Source: Octopus sinensis (taxonomy: Eukaryota). Taken from it: a stretch of 64,000 nt of DNA. The translations under genes were made by a program, and so were the position numbers. Shown here one piece after another: positions 1-12,075 of the stretch. The notes under the pieces were generated by a model that searched no databases, was not told the origin of the DNA, and saw only the letters and a program-made list of their open reading frames with translations. The stretch's first letter is position 1, and each line of letters opens with the position of its first letter. Location of the stretch: positions 66,402,001 through 66,466,000 of the forward strand of contig NC_043008.1 in assembly GCF_006345805.1 (NCBI RefSeq). Direction: 5' to 3'.

Positions 1-290
1 AAGACTTGTACATTTCTAATACCACCACCAACTGCGAGCTGTACACCAATACTACCACCTCTACCATCACCTACACCACAACCACCACCACCACCACCAC
101 CACCACTCCACCTGTTCTTCATCACTAAGTCTTGTACATTTCTAACACCACCATCACCATTGCCACCAACTGCGAGCTGTACACCAATGCCACCACCTCT
201 ACCACCATCACCACCACCACAACAACCACCACCACCCACCACTCCACCTGTTCTACATCAGTGAGACCTGTACTCTGCCACCACCACCAC
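1..290. repeat. ACC-rich minisatellite, about 2.3 units of ~126-135 bp
   Basis: AAGACTTGTACATTTCTAA...ACTGCGAGCTGTACACCAAT...CACTCCACCTGTTCT occurs at 1-126 and again at 127-~261, and a third unit starts near 262. Confidence 0.85.
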
Positions 291-1659
291 CATCACCTTC
301 CTGATACCTTTTGCTCACCTCTGCTGCTGTCATGTGATGCTACTATTACAATGGACTGCAGTAAATACACTGCGTCACTTCCTTCTTGTAGTAGAGATGT
401 TCGCACTAAAGATGTGGCCACTATCACTCTCCTCCCCTTCCTCTTCCTCATCCTCCACTTCTTCCTCCTCCTCCTCCTCCTCCTCCCTGAATTACCTCTG
501 TCCCACCCACCTCAACCCATCTGGCTTATCTCTGCAATGTCAACTAAGAAACATGAGTTTATTATTACTACTGTTTATTTTGTTTGTTTTTTTTTTTGTT
601 ATATACGACACGTGTGATCTCCATGTTTGTGTGCAGATGCAAACGTGCATGCATGTGTACTTGCACACATGCATGCACATGTAAACGTGCATAAAGATAT
701 ATTCACTGGTATATATATTTTACCATATTCCTGCACACGTGCATATTGCATATACATCCGTGTGTAGTAAAGCAAAGATGCATGTCTGCTTCTATGTATG
801 TATATAAATACACGTATTTATATATATGCATGGGTATGCATAAATGCATATGCTTAAACAGGTTGTCTTTCAGTTATTAAATGCAAATATACGCATGCAG
901 TTGTCTGTATAATTGCATACACATGCATATGTCTGTATTTAAATGCACATGTATATACATGTGTGTATATGCAATATAAAGGATGAAACCAGTAATGACA
1001 TTTGTGCATACATATATATATATATACACACATCTATCTATAGATAGATTTATGTATATACATGTGGTTGTACATAGATGTACGTTTGCTTACACATACA
1101 CGTGTGTAAATGTATGCATATATGTACAAATATGGATGCCTCTATGTGTGCGTGCATGTGTGTGTGTGTGTATGCATGCATTTGTCTATATGCATATTTT
1201 TTTGTATACATGCATATTTTTTTGTATACATGCATATTATCTATAAGTATATAAATACATATATACATGCATAAACTCTGTAGATACCATGGAATTTCAA
1301 ATGTATATCTACTGAAAGGAGTATTCCCACTGTATGATAACATTTGGTAGCCAATACCTGTGAATAAGCTTTGTATAGCATGCCAGAAGGTTTTTACCCC
1401 AATTTTATTCAACTACATGCATGTGCATGTGTGTTTATACATTCATATACTGACACTAGGGACATTGCTCTAGCTTGTCTATGGATAATGCCAGTATGCT
1501 GCTGAGGGTCTATGAATTGTTGTGCAAGCCTTATTGGTCTTAAAATTCAATATAAACATTGCCAACTTACTTTTTAGTGGTCAGAAGGTAATAGCAGAAG
1601 CAACTTTAGTGGGTTGGAAACAAATTTGTAACCAAGTTACTGCCCAGCATATAGCAGGT

Positions 1660-1817
1660 TCATGTGGCACGTAAAAAGCACCCACTACACTCACAGAGTG
1701 GTTGGCGTTAGGAAGGGCATCCAGCTGGAGCCTGGTGCAGCCTCCTGGCTTCCCAGACCCCAGTTGAACCGTCCAACCCATGCTAGCATGGAAAACGGAC
1801 ATTAAACGATGATGATG
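1660..1817 (+). mobile_element. RTE LINE 3' UTR fragment (5'-truncated)
   Basis: GTGGCACGTAAAAAGCACCCACTACACTC...CCAACCCATGCTAGCATGGAAAACGGAC + (GAT)n tail; same sequence follows the RTE ORF2 stop at 20713. Confidence 0.8.
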
Positions 1818-2152
1818 TGCTAGTCGGTGGTTGCCTTCCTCAGAAGGAAATGGACAACTAGCATATATTTGTAGACACACAGACACACGAGTGTTTGCCG
1901 GTAGGCTGCGGCTTAGCGCAGTGGGGATGACCCCCCTCAGAGTGCCGGGTATTAAAACACCTGAATGTCAGGGACAGGTAAGACAACTCTCCTCAAATCC
2001 CATTCAGGAGTGATGGACATCGATGTTTTGCCATTTATGTGGCTTATCTACATCACATACCTGGACCGAATCGGAGGTAAACTGAATCACCAGTCCACGA
2101 CTATATGCAAATAATGTCAAAATCATTTGCTGGTATGCCCTGATGATGAATA

Positions 2153-2440
2153 CATCATTATCATCATCATCGTTAAACGTCCGCTTTCCATGCTAGCATG
2201 GGTTGAATGATTTGTTGAGGGCTGTTAACCAGTGGTTGCCCAGGTCTCCAATCTTGATCTGGCAGAGTTTCTACATCTGGATGCCCTTCTAAACGCCAAC
2301 CACTCTGATAGTCAGTGGGTGCTTTTATATGCCACTAGCACGGGGCCATTCAGGCGGTACTGGTACGATCACACTCCAATGGTTGCCTTTTACATGCCAC
2401 GCACAGAAGCCAGTTAGCCCTTTGGCAACGATCACACTCG
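2153..2440 (-). mobile_element. RTE LINE 3' UTR fragment
   Basis: Reverse complement of the same UTR, beginning with the (TCA)n tail. Confidence 0.8.
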
Positions 2441-3857
2441 GCATTATATATTCAAATATGATTGGAAGCAGTGCTAGCGTTGTAAACATTATTCAATACA
2501 CATATTCAGTATATGTGTATTGCTTGTTCGCCAGCGGGCTGCAGTTAAGCTCAGTGGAGATGACTCCCACAAAGCACCAGGTGGTATATACAGAATGAGT
2601 TGGTAGATCAATAGAGCATTGGAAAAAATGGTTTCTTGTATTTATTGCAACATTTTACTTCTTGTTCAAATCCTGCCAAGGTCAACTTTGCCTTCTATTC
2701 CTCCAGGGTCAATAGCACCAATCTAATACTGGGGTCAATGTTATCTACTTATCCTCTCCCTTGAAAATTACTGGCCTTGCTCCAAAATCAGAAATAATTT
2801 ATACAGATTAAGATATGACACGTGTCTCCCATATGGAGTGGGCCCCTTCCTGCTGTCTGTCACCATTTAATTTTCTCCTCCCTGTATCACAACAAAAGTT
2901 AAATTACCTATATCACTTACAATTAATACAGCCACTTTAAATATTATTAGGCACAGGTGTGGCTATGGGGTTAAGAAGCTTACTTCACAACCACATGGTT
3001 CTGGTTTCAATCGCATTGCATGGCACTTTGGACAAGTGTCCTTCTAAAGCTCCAGGCCAACCAAAACTTCGAGAATGGATTTAATAGATGGAGACTGAAA
3101 GAAGCCCATCATTTGTGTGTGTGTCCACCACCACTTGACAACCAGTGTTGGTGTGTTTACATCCCCACAACCTAGTGGTTGAAAAGCAAGCTGCTTACCA
3201 CACAGCCATGCCTCAGTCAGTCAGGTTGAACTTTGGCAGAATATTTCTGCTCTAATTATAAGATATAACACCTGAACTAAACGAAGCTATTAATGATTAC
3301 ATGTACCATCTGAAGTTGAAACTTAAATTTTATATGGTTTAAAATGCTTTGTTTTTGTTAAATTTCAAAGTAAAATTATTAATTCCCTGCCCCCACCCCA
3401 CCTCAAACATTAAATTCTTCTACAAAGTTATTTGATTGACTGTACTTTTCTTTACTGTTTCCAGCAGCTTTATTCCTTTTCTTGTTTTTCCTTTTCTTTC
3501 TTTTTTTCTTTTTCCTATCACGCCTGTATTTTGATATCTCCTTGCTAATAATTTAACAAAGCCTGCAAGGGGAGAGGGTGTCCTTCTCTCCTCCCACAGA
3601 TTCAATGGCCAGCTTAATATATAGCTTGAAATGTATGGCTGTTGTTAGCTGTGACATAGTTTATGATAATATCTCTTATAAATGGAGGGTCAAGTGTGGG
3701 AAAATATTGGTTTTCTACATTTTTATCTACAGCTACTTTAAATACCCCAGTAGCACAACACATTGTTAGATATGGTATATGTAAAATTGTAAAATGTGTT
3801 TATATATATCAATGTTTGTTTTTATGTTCACTCTTTAATACGTATATACATATATAT

Positions 3858-4203
3858 ATATCACTTGTTTCAGTCATTTTGACTGTGGCCATGCTGGAGC
3901 ATTGCCTTCTAGTCAAGGAAATTGACCCCTGAGTTTATTCTTAGTAAGCTTGGTGCTTATTCTATTGGTCTCTTTTCCCAAACCGCTAAGTTATGGGGAC
4001 GTAAACACACCAAGATCGGTTGTCAAGTAATGGTGGAGGGATAAACACAGATACAAACTCACAAATATATACATATACATACAATAGGCTTTGGTCAGCC
4101 TAAAGCTATAGTAGAAGACACTTGCCCAAGGTGCCATGCAGTGGGATTGAACCCAGAACCATGTGGTTGGTAAGCAAGCTACTTACCACAAAGCCACTCC
4201 TGC
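3858..4203 (-). mobile_element. SINE family A (tRNA head, CORE-like CCTTGGGCAAGT centre, internal microsatellite)
   Basis: Reverse complement of the 9985-10392 copy; pol III A/B-box-like head at the right end. Confidence 0.85.
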
Positions 4204-4305
4204 TATTGATTCTGCCAGCTCACTGCCCTAATGTTCAGTTATAATAAAAACAGTTTTGCATTAATCTGATGGGTTACTCTATACTTTTGTGGAGTACAAG
4301 TTTAT

Positions 4306-4441
4306 TATTCTTAAGCAAGATTGTTGTGAACAGTAACTTAAAAGTTTTGACCAGCTAAGCTATCATCAGAGTGCAGTCCAACAATGGCTTAGCTGACCAA
4401 AACTTTGAAGTCACTGTTAATAATATTCTTGTTTAAGAATA
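4306..4441. repeat. Gapless imperfect palindrome (68-bp arms) made of two decayed hammerhead-like motifs
   Basis: Base-by-base pairing centred on TGCA 4372-4375. Minus arm reads CACT CTGATGA TAGCTTAGCTGGTC AAAAC TTTTAA GTT ACTG; plus arm reads CAGT CCAACAA TGGCTTAGCTGACC AAAAC TTTGAA GTC ACTG. Confidence 0.8.
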
Positions 4442-4479
<38 letters not shown>

Positions 4480-4606
4480 AACTGTGCACATGCATTATTA
4501 AGGTGGAGACATACAGTCACTAGAGCTTTGTGTGACTGCGTTGCAGTATTTATTCTCACTGTGTGTGTTCTGAGTTCAAATCCTTCCATGGTTATCTTTG
4601 CCTTTT

Positions 4607-4990
4607 GGATGGAAGCACTCCGTCGGTTACGACGACGAGGGTTCCGGTTGATCCGATCAACGGAACATCCTGCTCGTGAAATTAACGTGTAAGTGGCTGA
4701 GCACTCCACAGACACGTGTACCCTTAATGTAGTTCTCGGAGATATTCAGCGTGACACAGAGAGTGACAAGGCAGGCCCTTTGAAATACGGGTACAACAGA
4801 AACAGGAAGTAAGAGTGAGAAAAAGTTGTGGTGAAAGAGTACAGCAGGGATCACCACCATCCCTGCCGGAGCCTCGTGGAGCTTTAGGTGTTTTCGCTCA
4901 ATAAACACTCACAACGCCCGGTCTGTGAATCGAAACCGCAATCCTACGACCGCGAGTCCGCTGCCCTAACCACTGGGCCATTGCGCCTCC
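4607..4990 (-). mobile_element. SINE family C (tRNA-derived head), young full copy nested in a family B remnant
   Basis: Head GGCGCAATGGCCCAGTGGTTAGGGCAGCGGACTCGCGG...GGTTTCGATTC on minus; CpG-rich; 11-bp TSD CTTTGCCTTTT at 4596-4606 and 4991-5001. Confidence 0.9.
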
Positions 4991-5159
4991 CTTTGCCTTT
5001 TATCCCCTCAAGGTTAATAATACATTAGAAAAAATCAAGGGTGATGAACTGACAGAATCATTGAGGGTAGACTTACCACCAATGACTGGTTTAGCGCCAC
5101 CACCTGGTCCTTAGGGGGCTTTTAGTGGAGCTCACTCTGTTGCAAGCACTAAAGTATGT

Positions 5160-5668
5160 CTCTGGTTCAGACATATACACTCTATTCACACACACATGGA
5201 TTTATATACATATACTTACAAATGTATATGTTTACATATATATATGCACACACATACATACACTCACATATGTGCATACACATATACACACACATATATA
5301 GACATACACTGATATACATGTATATCTACACATACATACACATGTGCACACATACATACATACAGACACATACATATGCGCATACATGCACACACATGCA
5401 TATACATATTCACATACGTACGCACATACTTGCACAATATAATGTCACATGTAATTCCTGACAGTGAACATTTAAGCCATTGTAGGAAACTAAATAACTC
5501 TAAAGTTTGTCAAAACAAAAGCTGAGATCTGTAACAAACAAATAAAAAAAATATATAAAAACACACATACATAAATCAAAATTAAATATATATATATAAT
5601 CATAAAAACGAATAAAAATAAATATTTGTATATATAAGATATAAAGTAAATAAAGCAATATATATATG

Positions 5669-5704
<36 letters not shown>

Positions 5705-5734
5705 ATATATATATATATACATATATATATATAC

Positions 5735-5766
<32 letters not shown>

Positions 5767-5830
5767 TAAACAAAATACATAAATATATATAAATGTGTGT
5801 ATATATATAGATATGTATATATGTAAATCT
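5160..5830. repeat. (AC/AT)n and (AT)n microsatellite blocks
   Basis: Alternating purine-pyrimidine runs at ~5160-5440 and ~5640-5830. Confidence 0.9.
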
Positions 5831-6134
5831 CTAAATGAAAGAAATGAACAATCACTTACCATTAGCACCTCACCCCAGCACCACATTTCCTCCCTCCTCC
5901 CCTTTCTCTTGTCCTCTTCCACACACACACACGTGTACAAACACATACTAATGTAACTGTAGCCAGTGGTGATTATTTCCTACTAATTTCGGCTCTAACT
6001 TAAACAAACACAACACCAGACTCCAGTTAATTTATTCCAACCCCAAACTTCCAGCATTTAAAAACATTGTTACTTTAATAAGGCCAGCAGCATTACAGCA
6101 GATTATTTTTATCTTAAGCAGAAATAATTTTTAC

Positions 6135-6925
6135 CATTTCGTTGTTTCAGTCACTAGACTCTGGGCCATGCTGGAGCACTGCATTGAAGGTTCAGTCAAA
6201 CAAATCAGATCAACCCCAGTACTTCTATTTTATTATTATTATTTTATTTTTGTAAATCTGGTTCTTGTTCTATTAGTCTCTTTTCCCAAACTGCTAGGCT
6301 ATGGGGGATGTAAACAAACCAACATTGGTTGTCAAGCAGTGGTGAGGGACAAGCATGAAGACACACACACTGTGTGTGTGTATGCGTGTGTGTGTGTATG
6401 CGTGTGTGTGTGCATGCGTGTGTGTGTGCATGTGTGTGTGTGCATGCATGTGTGTGTGTGGCACTCCATCAGTTATGATGACAAGGATTCCAGTTGATCT
6501 GATCAATGGAAGAGCTTGCTCATGAAATTAATGTGCAAGTGGCTGAGTACTCCATAGACATGTGAGCCTTTAACATAATACGTGTACCCTTAACGCAGTT
6601 TTGAGGGAGATTGAACGTGACACAGAGTGTGACAAGGCTGGCCCTCTGAAATACAGGTACTACTCATTTTTGTCAGCTGAGTGGACTGGAGCAATGTGAA
6701 ATAAATGTCTTGCTCAAGGACACAACATGTCATCAGGAATTGAACTCACGACCTTGTGATCCTTATACACACATACACACACTTGATGGGTTAATTTCAG
6801 TTTTTATCTATGAAATCCACTCAGAAGGTCTGGTCACCCTAAGATTAAAATAGAAGACACTTGCCCATGGTGCCATGCTGTGGGACTGAACCCAAGACCA
6901 CCTGGTTGGGAAGCAATCTTCTTAA
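6135..6925 (-). mobile_element. SINE family A split by a nested chimeric SINE (6460-6770)
   Basis: Family A 3' part at 6135-6370 and 5' part at 6770-6925; insert has the D-type centre (GTCTTGCTCAAG, ACTCATTTT) joined to the family C tail. Confidence 0.75.
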
Positions 6926-7331
6926 CCATTTTGTTAAACATGTTTGGGTGTCTTGATTTCCAAATTATAAAGTGGTAGGCGATTACAGAACATCTACCAT
7001 TTTACCATATGTTCTTTAAAAGGGGAATGTCAAACACAACCAGACATGGCAAATAGATATTACTGGAAGGAGAGGTTTGGTAATTGTTGAGGTAGAGGCT
7101 CTCTTGATAGCTTCTATTTAACCCTTTTGTTATCCTATTTTTTGTGAAATTTCCTGTTTCAATTAATTTTGAAAATAATAAAGGATTTAGCAGAATAATT
7201 CTAGCATTGGTGTTTGGGACATGAATTAAGATGGAATTTTGATGAAAGGTTTTAAGTTAGATCACTTTCAAAAAGGAAATTTGCATCATTGAAACAATGG
7301 GGTCACCGCAGGCAAGTTAGTATCAAAAGAA

Positions 7332-7740
7332 TTAACTCTTTTGTTACCATATTTCTGTTAGAATACACTGCCTTTTCGTTTTTGGAATTGGTTTGCAAGA
7401 TTCTTTATATGAGTTTGTGTGTTGAAGCATATTCTGTTGTGTCTGGAGAGAGTCATCTTTTTTTTGTGCCTTATAATTTAACACATTCACCGGTAAAATT
7501 TCCACTGATTTCTTATTTTTATTTTCCCAAAATTTTCATTGCATCTTGCAACCTTTTCAACAGTCTTGACTTTTTAGGAAAATAAGAATAAGAAATAAGT
7601 GAAAATTTTACCAGTAAGTGTGATAAATTATAAGGCATAAAAAGAAAATGACTCTCCCCAGACAGAATACACTGCCTTTATTTCAATTAATTTAGAAAAT
7701 AATGAATTTAATAAAATAACTTTGTTATTAACTACGCTAC
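7332..7740 (+). mobile_element. piggyBac-like MITE remnant (TTAA-CCCTTTTGTTA type) interrupted at 7376-7663
   Basis: Starts TTAACTCTTTTGTTACCATATTTCTG; related pieces at 7118-7270 and 31590-31990. Confidence 0.6.
7376..7663 (-). mobile_element. ~195-bp unit plus ~92-bp inverted partial copy with 16-bp TSD; Penelope-like candidate
   Basis: TSD AGAATACACTGCCTTT at 7360-7375 and 7664-7679; inverted arms ~7440-7532 and ~7572-7663; unit 7376-7571 matches 48697-48893 on the opposite strand. Confidence 0.8.
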
Positions 7741-8140
7741 AGAAAATTTTGATAGATGGTTTTAAAACAGGGGGTTTGTGACGTAGAACCAAAAGAGGTT
7801 TCAGGTTAGTTTATACCAAATGGATTAAGGTGATATTTACTAATTCTATAGTGATGTAAGCAGTCATTACATTCTTCAAAATATGTGACAGTATTTCTGT
7901 GTGGTCTTGCTCTTTGCTCTACTAATGACTCATTGCAGTGAGGTTATTTGTGGTTGATCTGTAAAGGCCACGTTGCTCTGTAAACAAAGTTTCTCTGGTT
8001 TTCAATGTATTCTGAAATAATATAAATAAACATTATAAATACTTCTGTTTTTGAATATGAATCATGAGCAGTTGACAGATGTAATGATTATGACATTGAA
8101 TTTTTACAAATTGTCTCTGGTATATATATATTTATATATA

Positions 8141-8470
8141 TCATCATCATTTAACATCCATTGTCCATACTGGGCTGGCATACTGAAAGGCTGCACCAGA
8201 CTCCAGTCTGATTTGGCATGGTTAGCTACTGCTGGATGCCCTTCCTAATACCAACCACTCTGAGAGTGTAATGGGTGCTTTTATGTGCCACCAGTACAGG
8301 TGCCATTTGCATGACACTGAAGTGCTTTTACATGCCAATTTGCATGACACCTGTATCTGTCACAACTGCAATTTGGCTCAACTTGATGGGTTTTCTTCTC
8401 AAGCACAACATAATGCCAAAGGTATTGGTCATTGCTTCCATGAGGCCCAACACACAAAAGGAACTCAGCC
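8141..8470 (-). mobile_element. RTE LINE ORF2 C-terminus plus 3' UTR fragment
   Basis: Minus translation ...DQYLWHYVVLEKKTHQ resembles the end of the 20.7 kb ORF2; UTR and (GAT)n tail follow. Confidence 0.8.
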
Positions 8471-9065
8471 ACCTTGTCTCCTTGTGTGTGTGTGTATATA
8501 TATATAATCCATATAAATATATACATATCATCATCATCATCATTAAATGTCTGCTTTCCATGCTGGCTTCATATAAGAAATCCTTATTGCTATAATCATT
8601 ATTGTTGGCGCAAATATTCTGCTGAGATGGACTATGCCTTTCAGCTTTGATATAAGTAACGCTTGAGCACTGGGGTTGATTTATCAACTGGCCCTCTCCC
8701 CACAAATTGAAGGCCTTGTGTATATAGTAGAAAATATTTTTTATGGGAGCAAAGGTGATGAACCAGTAGAATTGTTGGAATACTGAAAAAAATGTTTTGC
8801 AATATTTGTTCAGTCTCTTTACATTCTGAGTTCAAATCCTAGTGAGGACAACCTTACCTTTCATTGTTTTAAGGTCAATCACATAAAGTACCAGTCAAGT
8901 ACTGGAGTTGATGTTATCGTCTGAACACCTCTTTTCAAAATTGCTGGCTTTGTGCCTCAATCAGAAACTATTATTACAAAAGCAGAAATAGTTAAATGTC
9001 AGATCCAATACCCAACTATGTTTAAATTTTTTTTCAGTAGTAGTCTATCTTAAAAATAAAATAAA

Positions 9066-9313
9066 TGCACCCTTTTAAAGCCTAGCCAGGCTCATGGTCC
9101 CAGTTTCCCGGTTTCTATGGCGTATGTGTTCCCCAGCTGGATGGGACGCCAGTCCATTGCAGTATTACTCATTTTTGCCTGCTGAGTGGATTGGAGCAAC
9201 GTGAAATGAAGTGGTTTGCTCAAGAACACAACACGTCACCCGGTCCAGGAATTGAAACCACAATCTTACGATCATGATGCTGACACCCTAACCTCTAAGC
9301 CACGCATCTCCAC
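9066..9313 (-). mobile_element. SINE family D (tRNA head, TTCTTGAGCAA centre, GCRATGGACTGGCGTCCC motif)
   Basis: Matches copies at 18200-18445 (+) and 58960-59142 (-). Confidence 0.85.
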
Positions 9314-9984
9314 AGTAGTCTATCTTGGACTACAGTAAATAGTATCCTTTTTTTGTCAAGACTGTAGGATGTAGTTTGGAAGAGATTTAACTGCTATCTC
9401 TGGCAAACTCAGTGACATTTTAGACAGAAGTTTCTTCATTGGGTTGTTGGTTTCTATCTTTCTTTTCAATAGAACTGATAAAATAAGTACCAGTAATATA
9501 CTGGAGTTGGAAGTCAATTTAGCCTGCTATATCCACTCTCCTACCATAGTTGGCATTCTGCCGGTTACAAGAATATTATTAACTCTTATTATGAACAGCA
9601 TGCACAATTTTTATGGTTCCATGAAGACAATTCACTTACACCCTTCTCAGAGGAAGAATGGATATATATAGGATATATATTGTAAGCAAGTATTGGTAAC
9701 TAAGCCATGAAAATAGTGTCTTGCATGTAAGTTTGTAGTGAAGTATTGGGTGAAACGAATAGTTCCATTTCTAATTCTATTTGCATCTGTGAAAAACATC
9801 AATAAGAAATACGCCATTACCATTGCTAACAGCAATGGAAACCTTTTTGATGAGCTTGCGGTTAATTGAATTAAAACAACAATATTAACAATAACATGAT
9901 TATTTTTGAATGCAGAGACGCTGTCAGAACAGCAGAAATATTGGGTAAATAGCCCTTACAAAACAGAAACATTTTTTAACAAAT

Positions 9985-10141
9985 GTAGGAGTGGCTGTGT
10001 GGTAAGTAGCTTGCTTACCAACCACATGGTTCCGGGTTCAGTCCCACTGCATGGCACCTTGGCCAAGGGTCTTCTACTATGGCCTCAGACCAACCAAAGC
10101 CTTGTGAGTGGATTTGGTAGATGGAAACTGAAAGAAGCCCG

Positions 10142-10181
<40 letters not shown>

Positions 10182-10392
10182 GAGTGTATGTGTATGTGTG
10201 TATATGTTTGTCCCCCAACATCGCTTGACAACCAATGCTGGTATGTATACGTCCCTGTAACTTAGCAGTTCGGCAAAAGATCCCAATAGAATAAGTACTA
10301 GGCTTACAAAGAATAATTCATAGGGTTGATTTGCTCAACTAAAGGCGATGCTCCTGCATGGCCACAGTCAAATGACTGAAACAAGTAAATGA
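9985..10392 (+). mobile_element. SINE family A, full length
   Basis: AGGAGTGGCTGTGTGGTAAG (A-box-like), GGTTCAGTCCC (B-box-like), CCTTGGCCAAG, (TA)n, tail GTCAAATGACTGAAACAAGTAAA. Confidence 0.9.
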
Positions 10393-10684
10393 GTAAATAG
10401 TCATGGGACTCGAACCCACATCCCTTGAAGACCCCAGCTAGGTGCTTTACCAACAAGCTAAACTGCCTGCTGTCTAATTAATCTGCTTTTTTAGACACTA
10501 TAAAGCAAACTGTATACCTACATGTATACAAATATAAACAAACATTTGTGTGCTTTATAAGCATCAAAGTCTGTATTGTAAGATACACACATAAATAGAT
10601 GACAGGAGCCTGGTGCAGCTCTCTGGTTTACCAGTCCCAGTTCAACCGTTTGATCCATGCCAGCATGGAAAGCATACATTGAAT

Positions 10685-11092
10685 ACTCTTTACTCTTTTA
10701 CTTGTTTCAGTCATTTGACTGTGACCATGCTGGAGCACCACCTTTAGTTGAGCAAATCGACCCCCAGGACTTATTGTTTGTAAACCTAGTACTTATTCTA
10801 TCAGTCTCTTTTGCCGAACCGCTAAGTTATGGGAACGTAAACACTTCAGCATCGGTTGTCAAGCAATGCTGGGGGGACAAACACATACACACACACATAT
10901 ACATACATATATATATATATCTACATATATACGAAGGGTTTCTTTCAATTTCTGTCTACCAAATCCACTCACGAGGCTTTGGTTTGCCCGAGGCTATAGA
11001 AGAAGACACTTGCCCAAGGTGCCACACAGTGGGACTGAACCCGGATGGATGTGGTTCGTATGCAAGCTACTTACCACACAACCACTCCTATG
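10685..11092 (-). mobile_element. SINE family A, full length
   Basis: Reverse complement of the 9985-10392 copy. Confidence 0.9.
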
Positions 11093-11689
11093 CCTAAATG
11101 ATGACATATACATACATATATAGGGATCAGTTTGATTGTAGTGATCCCTATTTTCATCTGCTCATCTCCCTATTTACACCATCTTCATAGGGCCTCTGGT
11201 ACAATTGCAAAGTTACTATTTCTAACGTAAGATTCTTATAATTTGCTAGCAATATGTAACTACATAGATTGCGATATAGTTTGACTACGGTCCGTTAGCT
11301 ACAGTAATTAATAGGTTAGCTAATAGCTTCGTTAATAACATTAAAAAAAAATTCCGGCAGCACTAAGAATGTTAATTACATGCAAGCAGTTTTCTAAATG
11401 ATGTAGAACATAATTTAATAACAGTAATAATTTGTTGGAAAGCTACAAGCACATTCTTTAACTACTTCTTTCTATGTGTTATTTTACCATAGCTTGCCCT
11501 TTGGTACACAATAAAAAAAAATTTGGAAACTATCTCATTTCCATTAGCATAATTTCCTTTGGAAAATTGATTTAAAAAATTTTTTATTTGATTATTTTCG
11601 GTTGGCAGTGGGTTCTTTTTTTGGTTATAAATATTGAAAATGGTAACTTAAATTATTGAAGTATCAGATACTTAGCATAGTGTTGTTGT

Positions 11690-11903
11690 TTAACACTAGC
11701 ATTTAAACCGACCATATCCAGCCAAAATAATCTATCTGTTTTATCTTCAAGCTGGCCAGTTGCAGCCTCTCACACTTACCCTACAAATAAAGAATTATAT
11801 CATTGAAAATCTCAAAGCTACAATGTAAGGCTTGATTAATTCATATCAATGTGAATGAAGAAGCATTACATTTGACAGACAAATCTGAACACTAAAGGGT
11901 TAA
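11690..11903 (+). mobile_element. piggyBac-like MITE
   Basis: Flanked by TTAA at 11690-11693 and 11900-11903; right end CTAAAGGG-TTAA; related inverted copies at ~12076-12290 and ~37660-38140. Confidence 0.7.
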
Positions 11904-12075
11904 TTTCTAAGCATATAATAAACAGTAATTTTGGTAGTATTGTACAAAGATATACATAGAATACAGTGATAAGACCTGGATCTCTAGATTGGAAAGAGCT
12001 CATTCTGAAAATTTTATCAGTTTCCTTGTAGATGAGTGGAATTAAATTAATAAATTATTTTATGGATCTAAGTAT

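Noticed and set aside
2130-2160. CTGATGA followed by a small stem
   Set aside because: Runs into a (TCA)n LINE tail; no GAAA.
5855-5930. ATG|GTAAGT first-exon-like donor on the minus strand
   Set aside because: Single splice-like motif with no promoter or downstream exon support.
7289-7585. Near-identical 98-125 aa ORFs at 7289-7585 and 48515-48892 suggesting a duplicated gene
   Set aside because: Similarity is explained by the dispersed 195-bp repeat unit; flanks differ and no protein motif is recognisable.
10398-10470. tRNA-like sequence on the minus strand
   Set aside because: A- and B-box-like motifs are present but the acceptor stem does not pair; at best a SINE head or pseudo-tRNA.
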